Source of the DNA: Mycolicibacterium sp.
Lineage (GTDB): Bacteria > Actinomycetota > Actinomycetes > Mycobacteriales > Mycobacteriaceae
Length of the DNA stretch: 64,000 nt
NCBI RefSeq assembly: GCF_016462945.1
Contig: NZ_JAEMSG010000002.1
Coordinates: 9,491-73,490, forward strand
Direction: 5' to 3'
Shown here: one piece after another, positions 1 to 9,730 of the stretch
How the letters are laid out: each line of letters opens with the position of its first letter
Numbering within the stretch: the stretch's first letter is position 1
The notes under the pieces: generated by a model
The model's input: only the letters and a program-made list of their open reading frames with translations
Told to the model about the DNA's origin: nothing
The model's database searches: none
Made by a program: the position numbers and the translations under genes

Positions 1-614
1 CGGCGCCGTGGAGCTGGGTTGCCAATGTCGCGCTGCTGGTCCAGTTCCCGCTCGTGCACTCCCTGCTGTTGACCAACCGGGGCAGGGGGCTGCTCGCGCG
101 CTTGGCGCCAATGGGTGCGGGAAGCACCCTGTCGACGACGAGTTACGTCACCATCGCCGCACTGCAGATCTTCGCCCTCTTCGCATTCTGGACGCCATCG
201 TCAACCCTGTGGTGGCAGGCCAGAGGGCCAGCACTGGTGGTCATGGTCGCGCTCTACGTGGCTTCCTGGGCGTTGCTCGGAAAGTCCATGGCCGACGCCG
301 GGCTGTCCGTGCAGACCGGCAGTCTGGGGTGGTTCGCGTTGCTTCGCGGCCGCAAGCCGGTCTATCCGCCGATGCCGGTGACGGGCCTGTTCCGGCTGAC
401 CCGCCAACCGATCTACGTTTCTTTCGCGTTGACCCTGTGGACCGTCCCCACGTGGACACCCGACCAACTTGTGGTAGCAATCACGTTTACGGCCTACTGC
501 CTGATCGCGCCACTGTTCAAAGAGGCCCGTTACCGGCGGATCTATGGCCGGACCTTTGATGATTACGCCCAAACCGTCCGATACTGGTTTCCCTGGCCAC
601 GACTACCGAGGTGA
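1..614 (+). CDS. Membrane methyltransferase, ICMT/nurim/MddA-like family (5'-truncated by window edge)
   Basis: Frame of ORF 54..614 is open back to the window start; hydrophobic helices, QFPLVHSLL and LFRLTRQPIY...KEARY...Y motifs resemble the MddA/nurim (ICMT superfamily) pattern. Confidence 0.6.
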   Translation, partial: APWSWVANVALLVQFPLVHSLLLTNRGRGLLARLAPMGAGSTLSTTSYVTIAALQIFALFAFWTPSSTLWWQARGPALVVMVALYVASWALLGKSMADAGLSVQTGSLGWFALLRGRKPVYPPMPVTGLFRLTRQPIYVSFALTLWTVPTWTPDQLVVAITFTAYCLIAPLFKEARYRRIYGRTFDDYAQTVRYWFPWPRLPR

Positions 615-686
615 GTGTCCGGCGTCGGACCCCGGCGTCAGCCATCCGTAAGGGTCGGCCCCGTGGAATACGGGCATACTGGGAGT

Positions 687-1781
687 ATGTCCAGCAAACC
701 CACGTCCAGTGCGGCTCGTCCGGTCAGCGTGATCGCGGGGGTGCAGGGCGCACTGCCCCCGAACCGCTACAGCCAGGATGAGATCACCGAGGCGTTCCTG
801 AAATTCCCGGCTTTCGCCGGCCACGACAAAATCGTGCGCAGTCTTCACCGCTCCGCCAAGGTCGGCCACCGCCACCTGGTGCTGCCGATTGAGGCTTATC
901 CCGGCCTGCAGGATTTCAGCAAAGCCAACGATCTCTACATCGAGCATGCGGTGGACCTCGCCTGCGCGGCACTGACTGCCGCACTCGACGAGGCCGGATT
1001 GCGCCCCGAGGACGTGGACATGGTCATGTCGACGACGGTGACCGGGATCATGGTGCCGTCGCTGGAGGCCCGGGTGGCCACCCGGCTCGGACTGCGGCCC
1101 GATGTGCGGCGGGTGCCGATGTTCGGACTCGGCTGCGTGGCCGGTGCGGCCGGCGTGGCCCGACTGCATGACTATCTGCGCGGAGCGCCCGATGACGTCG
1201 CGGTGCTGCTGTCGGTGGAGTTGTGCTCGCTGACCTTCCCGGCATTGACGCCGGAGATCGCCGGTCTTGTCGGCGGCGCGCTGTTCGGCGACGGGGCCGC
1301 AGCGGTCGTCGCGGTCGGCGAACGTCGTGCCCGCGAGATCGGTGCGGTCGGACCTGACATCATCGACTCCCGCAGTCACCTGTATCCGAACTCGATGCGC
1401 ACCATGGGCTGGGATATCGGGTCGACCGGCTTTCAGTTGGTGCTGTCTCCCGATGTGCCCGAGGTCGTAAGCCGGTACCTGCGTGATGACGTCACCGGAT
1501 TCCTCGGCGCGCACGATCTCACCGTTGACGACATCGGAACCTGGGTGAGCCACCCCGGTGGCCCCAAGGTGATCGAGGCGATTGAGGAGAGCCTCGACCT
1601 GCCGGACGGCGCTCTTGAACTCACCTGGCGATCCCTGGCCGACGTCGGCAACCTGTCATCGTCCTCGGTACTGCATGTGCTCCGGGACACCAAAGCCAAA
1701 CACCCGATGAGCGGCCCCTCAGTGATGATGGCGATGGGACCCGGCTTCTGTTCGGAGCTGGTTCTGCTGCAATGGCATTGA
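687..1781 (+). CDS. Type III polyketide synthase (chalcone/stilbene synthase-like, SrsA/Pks10-11 type)
   Basis: GLGCVAGAAG (catalytic Cys), SHPGGPKV (His), VGNLSSSSV (Asn), AMGPGF C-terminus; ATG at 687 preceded by CATACT -10. Confidence 0.92.
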   Translation: MSSKPTSSAARPVSVIAGVQGALPPNRYSQDEITEAFLKFPAFAGHDKIVRSLHRSAKVGHRHLVLPIEAYPGLQDFSKANDLYIEHAVDLACAALTAALDEAGLRPEDVDMVMSTTVTGIMVPSLEARVATRLGLRPDVRRVPMFGLGCVAGAAGVARLHDYLRGAPDDVAVLLSVELCSLTFPALTPEIAGLVGGALFGDGAAAVVAVGERRAREIGAVGPDIIDSRSHLYPNSMRTMGWDIGSTGFQLVLSPDVPEVVSRYLRDDVTGFLGAHDLTVDDIGTWVSHPGGPKVIEAIEESLDLPDGALELTWRSLADVGNLSSSSVLHVLRDTKAKHPMSGPSVMMAMGPGFCSELVLLQWH

Positions 1782-1794
1782 TGGTTCACATTTC

Positions 1795-2304
1795 ATGATG
1801 TGGTATGTGCTGTTGATCGTCGCAGTCGCCTGCGAGCGGGTGGCTGAACTTGTCGTCTCCAAGCGCAACCTGGCGTGGAGCCGCACCCAGGGTGGCGTCG
1901 AGTTCGGCGCCGCCCACTATCCGGCGATGGTTATCCTGCACACCGGATTACTGGTCGGCTGCCTAGCCGAGGTGATCTGGTTGGATCGGCCGTTCCTGCC
2001 ATCGCTGGGCTGGCCGATGCTGGCGATAGTGGTTGTGGCGCAAGCACTTCGCTGGTGGTGCATCACGACGCTTGGGCAACAGTGGAACACCCGGGTCGTG
2101 GTGATTCCCGGTGCCTCGCGGGTCTCCGGCGGGCCGTACCGACTGCTGTCGCACCCCAACTATGTCGCCGTGATCGCCGAGGGCGTCGCGCTACCCCTGG
2201 TCCACACCGCGTGGATCACCGCACTGGTTTTCACCGTGCTCAACGGCGTCCTACTCGCCACCCGCATCACCACAGAGAACACAGCACTGGCGAGTTTGAC
2301 GTGA
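1795..2304 (+). CDS. ICMT-family O-methyltransferase (SrsB-like)
   Basis: QALRWWCITTLGQQWNTRV, GPYRLLSHPNYVAV and RITTEN motifs; directly downstream of the type III PKS. Confidence 0.88.
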   Translation: MMWYVLLIVAVACERVAELVVSKRNLAWSRTQGGVEFGAAHYPAMVILHTGLLVGCLAEVIWLDRPFLPSLGWPMLAIVVVAQALRWWCITTLGQQWNTRVVVIPGASRVSGGPYRLLSHPNYVAVIAEGVALPLVHTAWITALVFTVLNGVLLATRITTENTALASLT

Positions 2305-3317
2305 TCGATCTCATCGTCGCCGGCGGCGGCCCCGGCGGGCTGGCAACCGCCACCTATGCCGCCCAGGCCGGTCTGGAGGCAGTCGTCATCGAACGCAGGC
2401 CCGGCCCGATCGACAAGGCCTGTGGTGAGGGGCTGATGCCGCACACCGTGAAGCATCTGCGGAACATCGGAGTGAACCCGCACGGCAAGGCATTTCACGG
2501 CATCACCTATCTGGATTCAACCCGCCGCGTCCGCGCCGACTTCCGGTCGGGCGAGGGTTTGGGAATGCGCCGTACCGCTCTTTCCGAGGCCCTCCACGAT
2601 GCGGCCTCCGCGGCTGGGGTGCGGATACTTCACGCCGACATCGGCGCGGTGAGCCAGGATGCGTCGTCTGTTCGATGCGGAGAACTGCGGGCGCGTTACC
2701 TGGCCGCGGCCGACGGTCTGCACTCGCCGATCCGGCGCTCCCTCGGACTGGACCTGCCAAGCCGCGGCCGGCGCCGCTGGGGGATCCGGCGTCACTTCCA
2801 AATCGCCCCGTGGAGTGACACCGTCGAGGTCTACTGGGCGCATGACACCGAGGCGTATGTGACACCTGTGGCAGAGGACAGTGTGGGTGTAGCAGTACTA
2901 ACCTCCCGGCAGGGCAAATTCGACGACCAGCTGAGGGCTTTCCCCGCTCTGGCGGCACGACTGGGTTCGGCTCCGCATGGCTCCGATCGGGCTGCAGGCC
3001 CGCTGCGGCAACGCGTGAAGAGTCGTTCGGCCGGGCGGGTGATGCTCGTCGGTGATGCGGCAGGCTATGTGGACGCGCTGACCGGCGAGGGTCTGGGTAT
3101 CGCCTTTGGTGGTGCGGAGTTGCTGGTCAAAGCAGTGCTGGCCGACAACCCTGGCGACTATGACCACGAGTGGCGCACAATGTCGCGCCGCTACCGGGCG
3201 CTGACCGCCGGATTACTGCAGGCCAGTGGCTGCTCGCCGGTACGGTCGTTGATCGTGCCGGTTGCTAGTGCGTTACCGAAAGCCTTCAGCGGAATAGTCA
3301 ATCTTCTGGCCTACTAG
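2301..3317 (+). CDS. FAD-dependent oxidoreductase/monooxygenase (SrsC-like)
   Basis: GTG overlaps the upstream TGA (GTGA); GGGPGG Rossmann motif, DKACGEG, AADG, VGDAAGYVDALTGEG. Confidence 0.85.
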   Translation: MIDLIVAGGGPGGLATATYAAQAGLEAVVIERRPGPIDKACGEGLMPHTVKHLRNIGVNPHGKAFHGITYLDSTRRVRADFRSGEGLGMRRTALSEALHDAASAAGVRILHADIGAVSQDASSVRCGELRARYLAAADGLHSPIRRSLGLDLPSRGRRRWGIRRHFQIAPWSDTVEVYWAHDTEAYVTPVAEDSVGVAVLTSRQGKFDDQLRAFPALAARLGSAPHGSDRAAGPLRQRVKSRSAGRVMLVGDAAGYVDALTGEGLGIAFGGAELLVKAVLADNPGDYDHEWRTMSRRYRALTAGLLQASGCSPVRSLIVPVASALPKAFSGIVNLLAY

Positions 3318-3330
3318 TCGCCATGGCTAG

Positions 3331-4386
<1,056 letters not shown>

Positions 4387-4404
4387 GCCGATCATCCGGC
4401 GGCG

Positions 4405-5115
4405 TCAGACCGTGATCTTGGTCTCCGCATTGATCACCGTGGCGGCGTCGCGGATGACCTGGCCCTGGTCCTGCGGGGCATCGGCATTGAGTTGCAGCAC
4501 AAAGACCGCGCCATCCTTACCCGGAATGACGATCGTCGCCTGAGCGATGTACCGGCGTTCCTCGCCCCTGAGGTAGGAAGCCTGGAACTTGACCCCGTCG
4601 AAACCGCTCAGCGTGGTCTTCTGCACATCACCGTCCTGCTCATAGCCCGGCAGATTCTGCAGCAGGCCCGGTGCGTACTCGAGGATCTTCGCCGGGTCGA
4701 CGTCACCGGTGAGCTTGGAGATGATTGCCAGCACGAACGGCGGATCGGCAGGATTCGCGGCCTTCTGGTAGACGATCGCGCCGTAGGCCCATTCCGGAGT
4801 TTTCGAGCCGGCCAACTCCCAATCGGGAGGCGTCGCGAAGTCGAAGACCGGAGCCCCGGGCTCATCCTTCTTGAACGGCGTCTCGACGATCTTGTTGTCG
4901 TTGACGTAGTCGGCGATGGTCTTGTGGGGCCCGGTGGGCATATCGGGTATCGCCAGGGTCGAGCTGGCCGAGGATGCGCCGGATGCAACGGCACTGGATG
5001 CGGCCGAACTCGCATCGGACTTGGTTTCGGTCTTGGTGGCGCTGCAACCGGCCAGCGTGACAGTCAAGGTCACGGCGCACAGCCCCACAGTGGTGACCAC
5101 CGACATCTTCTTCAT
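4405..5115 (-). CDS. LpqN/LpqT family lipoprotein
   Basis: Lipobox LAGC; TIADY, PPDW and SKLTGDVDPAKIL motifs; start refined to ATG MKKMS. Confidence 0.8.
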   Translation of the reverse strand: MKKMSVVTTVGLCAVTLTVTLAGCSATKTETKSDASSAASSAVASGASSASSTLAIPDMPTGPHKTIADYVNDNKIVETPFKKDEPGAPVFDFATPPDWELAGSKTPEWAYGAIVYQKAANPADPPFVLAIISKLTGDVDPAKILEYAPGLLQNLPGYEQDGDVQKTTLSGFDGVKFQASYLRGEERRYIAQATIVIPGKDGAVFVLQLNADAPQDQGQVIRDAATVINAETKITV

Positions 5116-5262
5116 CGAGGCAGTTCTCCCTACGTCCCGTGGTCGCATCACCGCTGACCGCTTCAAATATGCAGCTTAATGCCCACCCGCGGGGAAATCG
5201 AACGTAACCTCCACAGCTGGTCCTACCGGCTGGGCCCCGGCCGCGGCCGGTACGTTGAAGAT

Positions 5263-5745
5263 GTGCGAAAAACGCTCGTCGCTACTGGTCTGGCCACCGC
5301 GGCAGCAGCCGCCGCGGGGAGCGCGGTGAGCCGCGATGGCGTGGGCAACTGGTACTCCACCATCCGCAAGCCCAGCTTCGTTCCGCCGAATGCCGTATTT
5401 CCGATCGCCTGGACTGCGCTGTTCACCGATATCGCGGTTACCTCGGCGGCGGCGATCAACCGGTTCCGGGACGGCGGCGATGACGCTAAAGCACGGGCCT
5501 ACGCAGGCGCACTCGGCGTCAACCTCGTCCTCAACGCCGGCTGGAGTTGGATTTTCTTCAACAGGCACAAGCTGGGCTTGTCGATGGTCGCCGCCGCGGC
5601 ACTGACGGCCAGCAGCGCCGACCTGGTCCGACGCGCCGCCGATGCCGATCCGAAACTGGGGGCCGCGCTGACGCCGTATCCGCTGTGGTGCGGATTCGCC
5701 ACGGTGATGTCAGCCGGGATCTGGCGACTCAACCGCGAGAGCTAG
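5263..5745 (+). CDS. tspO: TspO/MBR family tryptophan-rich sensory protein
   Basis: WYSTIRKPSFVPPNAVFPIAWT, NLVLNAGWSWIFF, PYPLWCGFA motifs; start set at GTG 5263. Confidence 0.85.
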   Translation: MRKTLVATGLATAAAAAAGSAVSRDGVGNWYSTIRKPSFVPPNAVFPIAWTALFTDIAVTSAAAINRFRDGGDDAKARAYAGALGVNLVLNAGWSWIFFNRHKLGLSMVAAAALTASSADLVRRAADADPKLGAALTPYPLWCGFATVMSAGIWRLNRES

Positions 5746-5818
5746 AACGCCGTCTCCTGCGGGACGAACCGGTCGGTAGCCTCTGGGCACTCGGCTGCGG
5801 CCGTGGTATCAAAGCGGC

Positions 5819-6472
5819 GTGCGATGGCGTGCGGTGGGTGTGGCGGCATCGGTCTGCCTGGGTGCCTGCGGATCTCCGCCGAGCCCGTCGCCGCCGAGTG
5901 GTGCGGCCGAACCCCGGGCGGTGAATGTCACCAACGTCATCAGGGTTCGGTCGGCGCTGCCGCAGGGCTACGAGGTCGCCGACGTGTCCGGTCCGGTGAG
6001 TGCGGCCTCGCTGTGGGGATTCGGGGCCGGCTGGACTGCTGATCCGCCGCAGTGCGCAATCCTGGCCGACCCCGCTCCGTCTGACCGCAGTGCCCGCGGC
6101 CTCTCGGCGTCGGGGTCGGGCGGAACGATCTTTGTTGTGGTGAGCGCGACCCCGGATAGCAAGCCGGGTGCAGACCTTGTGAATCAATGCAGCGGCTGGA
6201 CAATGGCTTTCGGTCACACCAATGCCGAGGTCTCCCGAACCGACGCCCCCGTGATCGAGGGTACGGAGACCGTCGCTTGGGAGGCGATGACACGAACCAT
6301 TGTGGAATCCGGCACTGAGACCAATGCCCGGGCCACGACAGCGCTGGCCTATCTTGACCGCCACGTCGCGTACGTCACCCTGATCACCGACCCCGGGTCC
6401 CCGCACCCGCCGCTGGATCGGGGGTTCGTCGCGGAGCTGCTTGCCACCACCGTGGCGGCGTTGCGGGGTTGA
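5819..6472 (+). CDS. DUF5642-family lipoprotein
   Basis: Lipobox LGAC; DPPQCA motif; Rv0999-like position. Confidence 0.6.
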   Translation: MRWRAVGVAASVCLGACGSPPSPSPPSGAAEPRAVNVTNVIRVRSALPQGYEVADVSGPVSAASLWGFGAGWTADPPQCAILADPAPSDRSARGLSASGSGGTIFVVVSATPDSKPGADLVNQCSGWTMAFGHTNAEVSRTDAPVIEGTETVAWEAMTRTIVESGTETNARATTALAYLDRHVAYVTLITDPGSPHPPLDRGFVAELLATTVAALRG

Positions 6473-6500
6473 GCGGTCGAGTGTGGGTAAGTTGGCGACG

Positions 6501-7154
6501 ATGGGTACGCGCGGAGTCGTCATGGTGGTGCTGTCTGCCGGCCTTGTGGCCGGCTGCGGTGCTGATCGGCCGGCTGCTACTGATATCGCCAAGATCTCCG
6601 AGGTTAAGGCAAGTTTCGGGCCGCAGTTCAAAGTCACCGAGGTGGCCCCGACCGGGATTGACCCCAAAGTGTTGAGTGGTCAGAAACTTCCCGATGGATT
6701 GAAGTTCGAGCCCGCCGAGTGTGTCCAGTTCGCCACCGGGCAACTGGTGCCTGCCGGCACCGAGGGCAATATGGCGGCGGTGTCGGCCGAAGGCGAGGGC
6801 AACCGGTTTGTCGTCATCGCCGTCCAGACCAATGAGGCGGTCCCGGTGGTCGAACCCGGATCCGATTGCCGCAAGGTCGCTTTCGCCGGCGGTACGGTGA
6901 GCGGCACAGTCGAGGCCGTCGAGGTGCCGAGTATCGACGGGACCAAAACGATCGGCGTGCACCGTGTGGTGCAGACGGTGATCGACGGCAAATCCCGCAC
7001 CGGCGAGGTCTATAACTACTCCGCTCACTTCGGTGCCTACCAGGTGATCGTCTCGGCCAATCCGCTTGTGCTACCGGATAAACCGGTGGCCCCGGTCAAC
7101 ACCCAACGCGCCCGAGATCTGCTGATTGCCGGCGTCAACGCCATCCGACGCTGA
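6501..7154 (+). CDS. DUF5642-family lipoprotein (Rv0999-like)
   Basis: Lipobox VAGC; FEPAEC, SAEGEGNRFVVIA and IVSANPL motifs; synteny with pat and pmt. Confidence 0.65.
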   Translation: MGTRGVVMVVLSAGLVAGCGADRPAATDIAKISEVKASFGPQFKVTEVAPTGIDPKVLSGQKLPDGLKFEPAECVQFATGQLVPAGTEGNMAAVSAEGEGNRFVVIAVQTNEAVPVVEPGSDCRKVAFAGGTVSGTVEAVEVPSIDGTKTIGVHRVVQTVIDGKSRTGEVYNYSAHFGAYQVIVSANPLVLPDKPVAPVNTQRARDLLIAGVNAIRR

Positions 7155-7159
7155 ACACT

Positions 7160-7216
7160 CGAGATCGACAGCCGGGCTGTGGTCGGTTGCCTTGGGCAAC
7201 CCTCACGCAGATTTCG
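7160..7216. repeat. 57-bp REP-like imperfect hairpin, copy 1
   Basis: CGAGATCG-N6-GGGCTGTG-N14-GCAACCCT-N6-GATTTCG; same length and block spacing as 8096..8152. Confidence 0.8.
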
Positions 7217-8057
7217 CGAGGGCCAGCCCGCCCCTGCGGCGGAATGCCTCATGTATGCGCCGCAGGATGAAAGCCCGGCTGTGTTCGGAGACCACTCGAA
7301 TTACCAGCCAGTCGCATTGGGCAAGCATCTCAAGGCGACCAATGTCTTTCACGAACTGACTCCTGTCGTAGCGGTGCTGATCACCGTCGTACTCGACGCC
7401 GATCCTCAGCTCCTCCCAACCCATATCGACGAACGCGGTGAGGTATCCGTCGGAGACCCTGATCTGCGTTGTCGGCCGCGGAAAGCCGGCGTCGATCACA
7501 AGCATGCGAAGCCACGACTCGCGTGGAGACTGCGCACCCGCATCAAGCAGGGGTGCGATGCTCCGGGCTTTCCGGACGCCTCGCGCGCCCGGGTAGCGGC
7601 GAGCAAGGGAGAGCACATCTTTGGCCTCGACGCCGGTCGCCGCCGCGAGGCCGTCGAGGTGTGCGACCGCCTCAACCCGGTTCAGGTGGCGAGCAAGATC
7701 GAGTGCAGTTCGGGGTGGTGTACTCACGGCGAAGTCGCGAACTCGGGTGATCTCGTCTGCATCGATGCGCTCATCGCGCACGATGACACCATCCCTGGCG
7801 CGGCGACTGCGCCCGATTAGTTCGATTGATGTGCGTCCTATCCAGGGAACGCCATGCAGCGCCGCGGCGGCTCGGCCCGTGACGATGCCATCTGTCACCC
7901 AGAGGGTGGCCGCTTGAGTGTCCACCTCAAGGGTTCGCTCAGTTCCCTTCTCGATGTAAACATCGGGGTGGATTGCGGTGTATTTCCATCGCAGCTGGCC
8001 CCGGGTGATGCTGCCGCTTCTTAGCGCCTCGCTTCCGATGAAAGACATACCCCGCAT
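7203..8057 (-). CDS. DUF559/AbiEi-like domain protein with C-terminal Vsr-like PD-(D/E)xK endonuclease
   Basis: STPPRTALDLAR, AQSPRESWLR, FVDMGW, IGVEYDGDQH and WLVIRV motifs typical of actinobacterial DUF559 proteins. Confidence 0.8.
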   Translation of the reverse strand: MRGMSFIGSEALRSGSITRGQLRWKYTAIHPDVYIEKGTERTLEVDTQAATLWVTDGIVTGRAAAALHGVPWIGRTSIELIGRSRRARDGVIVRDERIDADEITRVRDFAVSTPPRTALDLARHLNRVEAVAHLDGLAAATGVEAKDVLSLARRYPGARGVRKARSIAPLLDAGAQSPRESWLRMLVIDAGFPRPTTQIRVSDGYLTAFVDMGWEELRIGVEYDGDQHRYDRSQFVKDIGRLEMLAQCDWLVIRVVSEHSRAFILRRIHEAFRRRGGLALAKSA

Positions 8058-8095
8058 AGTGCGTCGGGACCCCGATGCCCCGCCCCTCACTGTGT

Positions 8096-8152
8096 CGAGA
8101 TCGCCGTCAGGGCTGTGCATAAACGGGAATTGCAACCCTGGTGTCGATCTCG
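8096..8152. repeat. 57-bp REP-like imperfect hairpin, copy 2
   Basis: CGAGATCG-N6-GGGCTGTG-N14-GCAACCCT-N6-GATCTCG; outer stem CGAGATCG/CGATCTCG is perfect. Confidence 0.8.
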
Positions 8153-8156
8153 GACG

Positions 8157-9707
8157 TCACCGCCAGCTGGGCAACCACATCTGCATGTGCCAGGTGGACT
8201 GCGAAATCGGAATCCCGGTCAGGATCGGAAACATCCAGGCGAAGTTCGTGATCACCAGCGCCAGGTAGCAACTGACGGCGAGCATGCCCAGGGTTCTGCG
8301 TTCGGCATTGCGGGTGGGCTTGAACAGGATGTCGCCGAGAATCAGAGCGACCATCATGACCAGGAATGGTGCCATCGGCACCGCGTAGAAGAAATACATC
8401 TGGCGGTCGATGGCGGCGAACCACGGTAACCAGCCTGCGCAATATCCCACCAGCGCAACCCCGTACCGCCAGTCGCGGCGAATGAATGCACGCCATGCGG
8501 CATACAGCAACACCGGGACCGCAAGCCACCACAGTGACGGGGTGCCGACGAGCATGACGGCCTTGACACACGACGCCGGGCCGCAGCCTGGCACATCGGA
8601 ATCGTCGATGGCATACAGCACCGGCCGCAGCGACATCGGCCACGTCCACGGCTTGGACTCCCACGGATGGTGATTTCCCATCGAGTTCGTCAGCGTGGAA
8701 TGGAAGTGATAGGCCTTGTAGGTGTAATGCCACAGTGAGCGGATGGCGTCGGGCGGTTGAAACCACTGCCGCGGGCCGATCGACTGCCCCACCTCGTGAC
8801 GATTGATTGCCGTCTCGGATGCGAACCAGGGCGCATACGCCAACAGGTACACCACCGCCGGAATGATCCCGAAAACCGAGGCGGCCGGGCCGAGATCGCG
8901 TCGCAGCACTCCCGTCCACGGCCGAGGCACCCGGTAGGCGTGGCGGGCTGCGACATCAAAAGCCAGTGACATCAGGCCGAAGAACAACACGAAGTACAGG
9001 CCCGACCATTTCGTCGCGCAGGCCAGCCCGAGCAGCACTCCTGCGCCGAAACGCCACCACCTCACGCCAAGCCTTGGGCCCCAGGGGGTTTCGGTGATCC
9101 GGCCCTGAAGAAATGCGGTGTGCATCCGTCCGCGGATCTGATCCCGGTCGACCATGAGCGCTCCAAAGGCCGCCACCACGAAGACGGTCATAAAGTTATC
9201 GAGGAGTGCGGTCCGGGAGGCGACGAAGCTGACCCCGTCGCAGACAGCGAGCAGCCCCGCAATCGCGCCGATCAGTGTGGAACGGCTTATCCGCCGGATG
9301 ATACGGACCACCAGCGCCACCAGAATTACACCGAAGACAGCGCTGGTGAACCGCCAACCCAGACCGGTATAGCCGAACAGCGCCTCGCCAATCGCGATCA
9401 GGTGTTTACCCACCGGAGGATGAACCACCAGGCCGAATCCAGGGTTGTCCTCCACACCGTAGTTGTGCAGCAGTTGCCATGCCTGCGGCGCGTAGTGCTT
9501 CTCATCGAAGATCGGTGTGCCCGCGTCAGTGGGTGAGCCCAGGTTCATCAAGCGCGTCACTGCGCCGATTGCGGTCACGACAGCCGTCGCCGCCCAGCCC
9601 TCCAGACGGTCGGTCGGCCCGAAGTCGGCGACGGGTTCGATGGGTCCGGGGCTGACGAGATCGGCCACCGGATCGGCGGCACGGAGTTCATCGGCCGGGG
9701 CGGTCAC
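8157..9707 (-). CDS. pmt: Protein O-mannosyltransferase (Rv1002c ortholog)
   Basis: IFDEKHYAPQAW, VVHPPVGK, HPWESKPWTWP motifs; multiple transmembrane helices. Confidence 0.93.
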   Translation of the reverse strand: MTAPADELRAADPVADLVSPGPIEPVADFGPTDRLEGWAATAVVTAIGAVTRLMNLGSPTDAGTPIFDEKHYAPQAWQLLHNYGVEDNPGFGLVVHPPVGKHLIAIGEALFGYTGLGWRFTSAVFGVILVALVVRIIRRISRSTLIGAIAGLLAVCDGVSFVASRTALLDNFMTVFVVAAFGALMVDRDQIRGRMHTAFLQGRITETPWGPRLGVRWWRFGAGVLLGLACATKWSGLYFVLFFGLMSLAFDVAARHAYRVPRPWTGVLRRDLGPAASVFGIIPAVVYLLAYAPWFASETAINRHEVGQSIGPRQWFQPPDAIRSLWHYTYKAYHFHSTLTNSMGNHHPWESKPWTWPMSLRPVLYAIDDSDVPGCGPASCVKAVMLVGTPSLWWLAVPVLLYAAWRAFIRRDWRYGVALVGYCAGWLPWFAAIDRQMYFFYAVPMAPFLVMMVALILGDILFKPTRNAERRTLGMLAVSCYLALVITNFAWMFPILTGIPISQSTWHMQMWLPSWR

Positions 9708-9714
9708 GTCTGCG

Positions 9715-9724
9715 ATCGTAGGGT
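9715..9724. promoter_or_regulatory. Overlapping divergent -10 elements for probable leaderless pmt and rsmI transcripts
   Basis: Plus strand TAGGGT 9719-9724, 6 nt before GTG 9731; minus strand TACGAT 9720-9715, 7 nt before GTG 9707. Confidence 0.6.
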
Positions 9725-9730
9725 GTGGGG

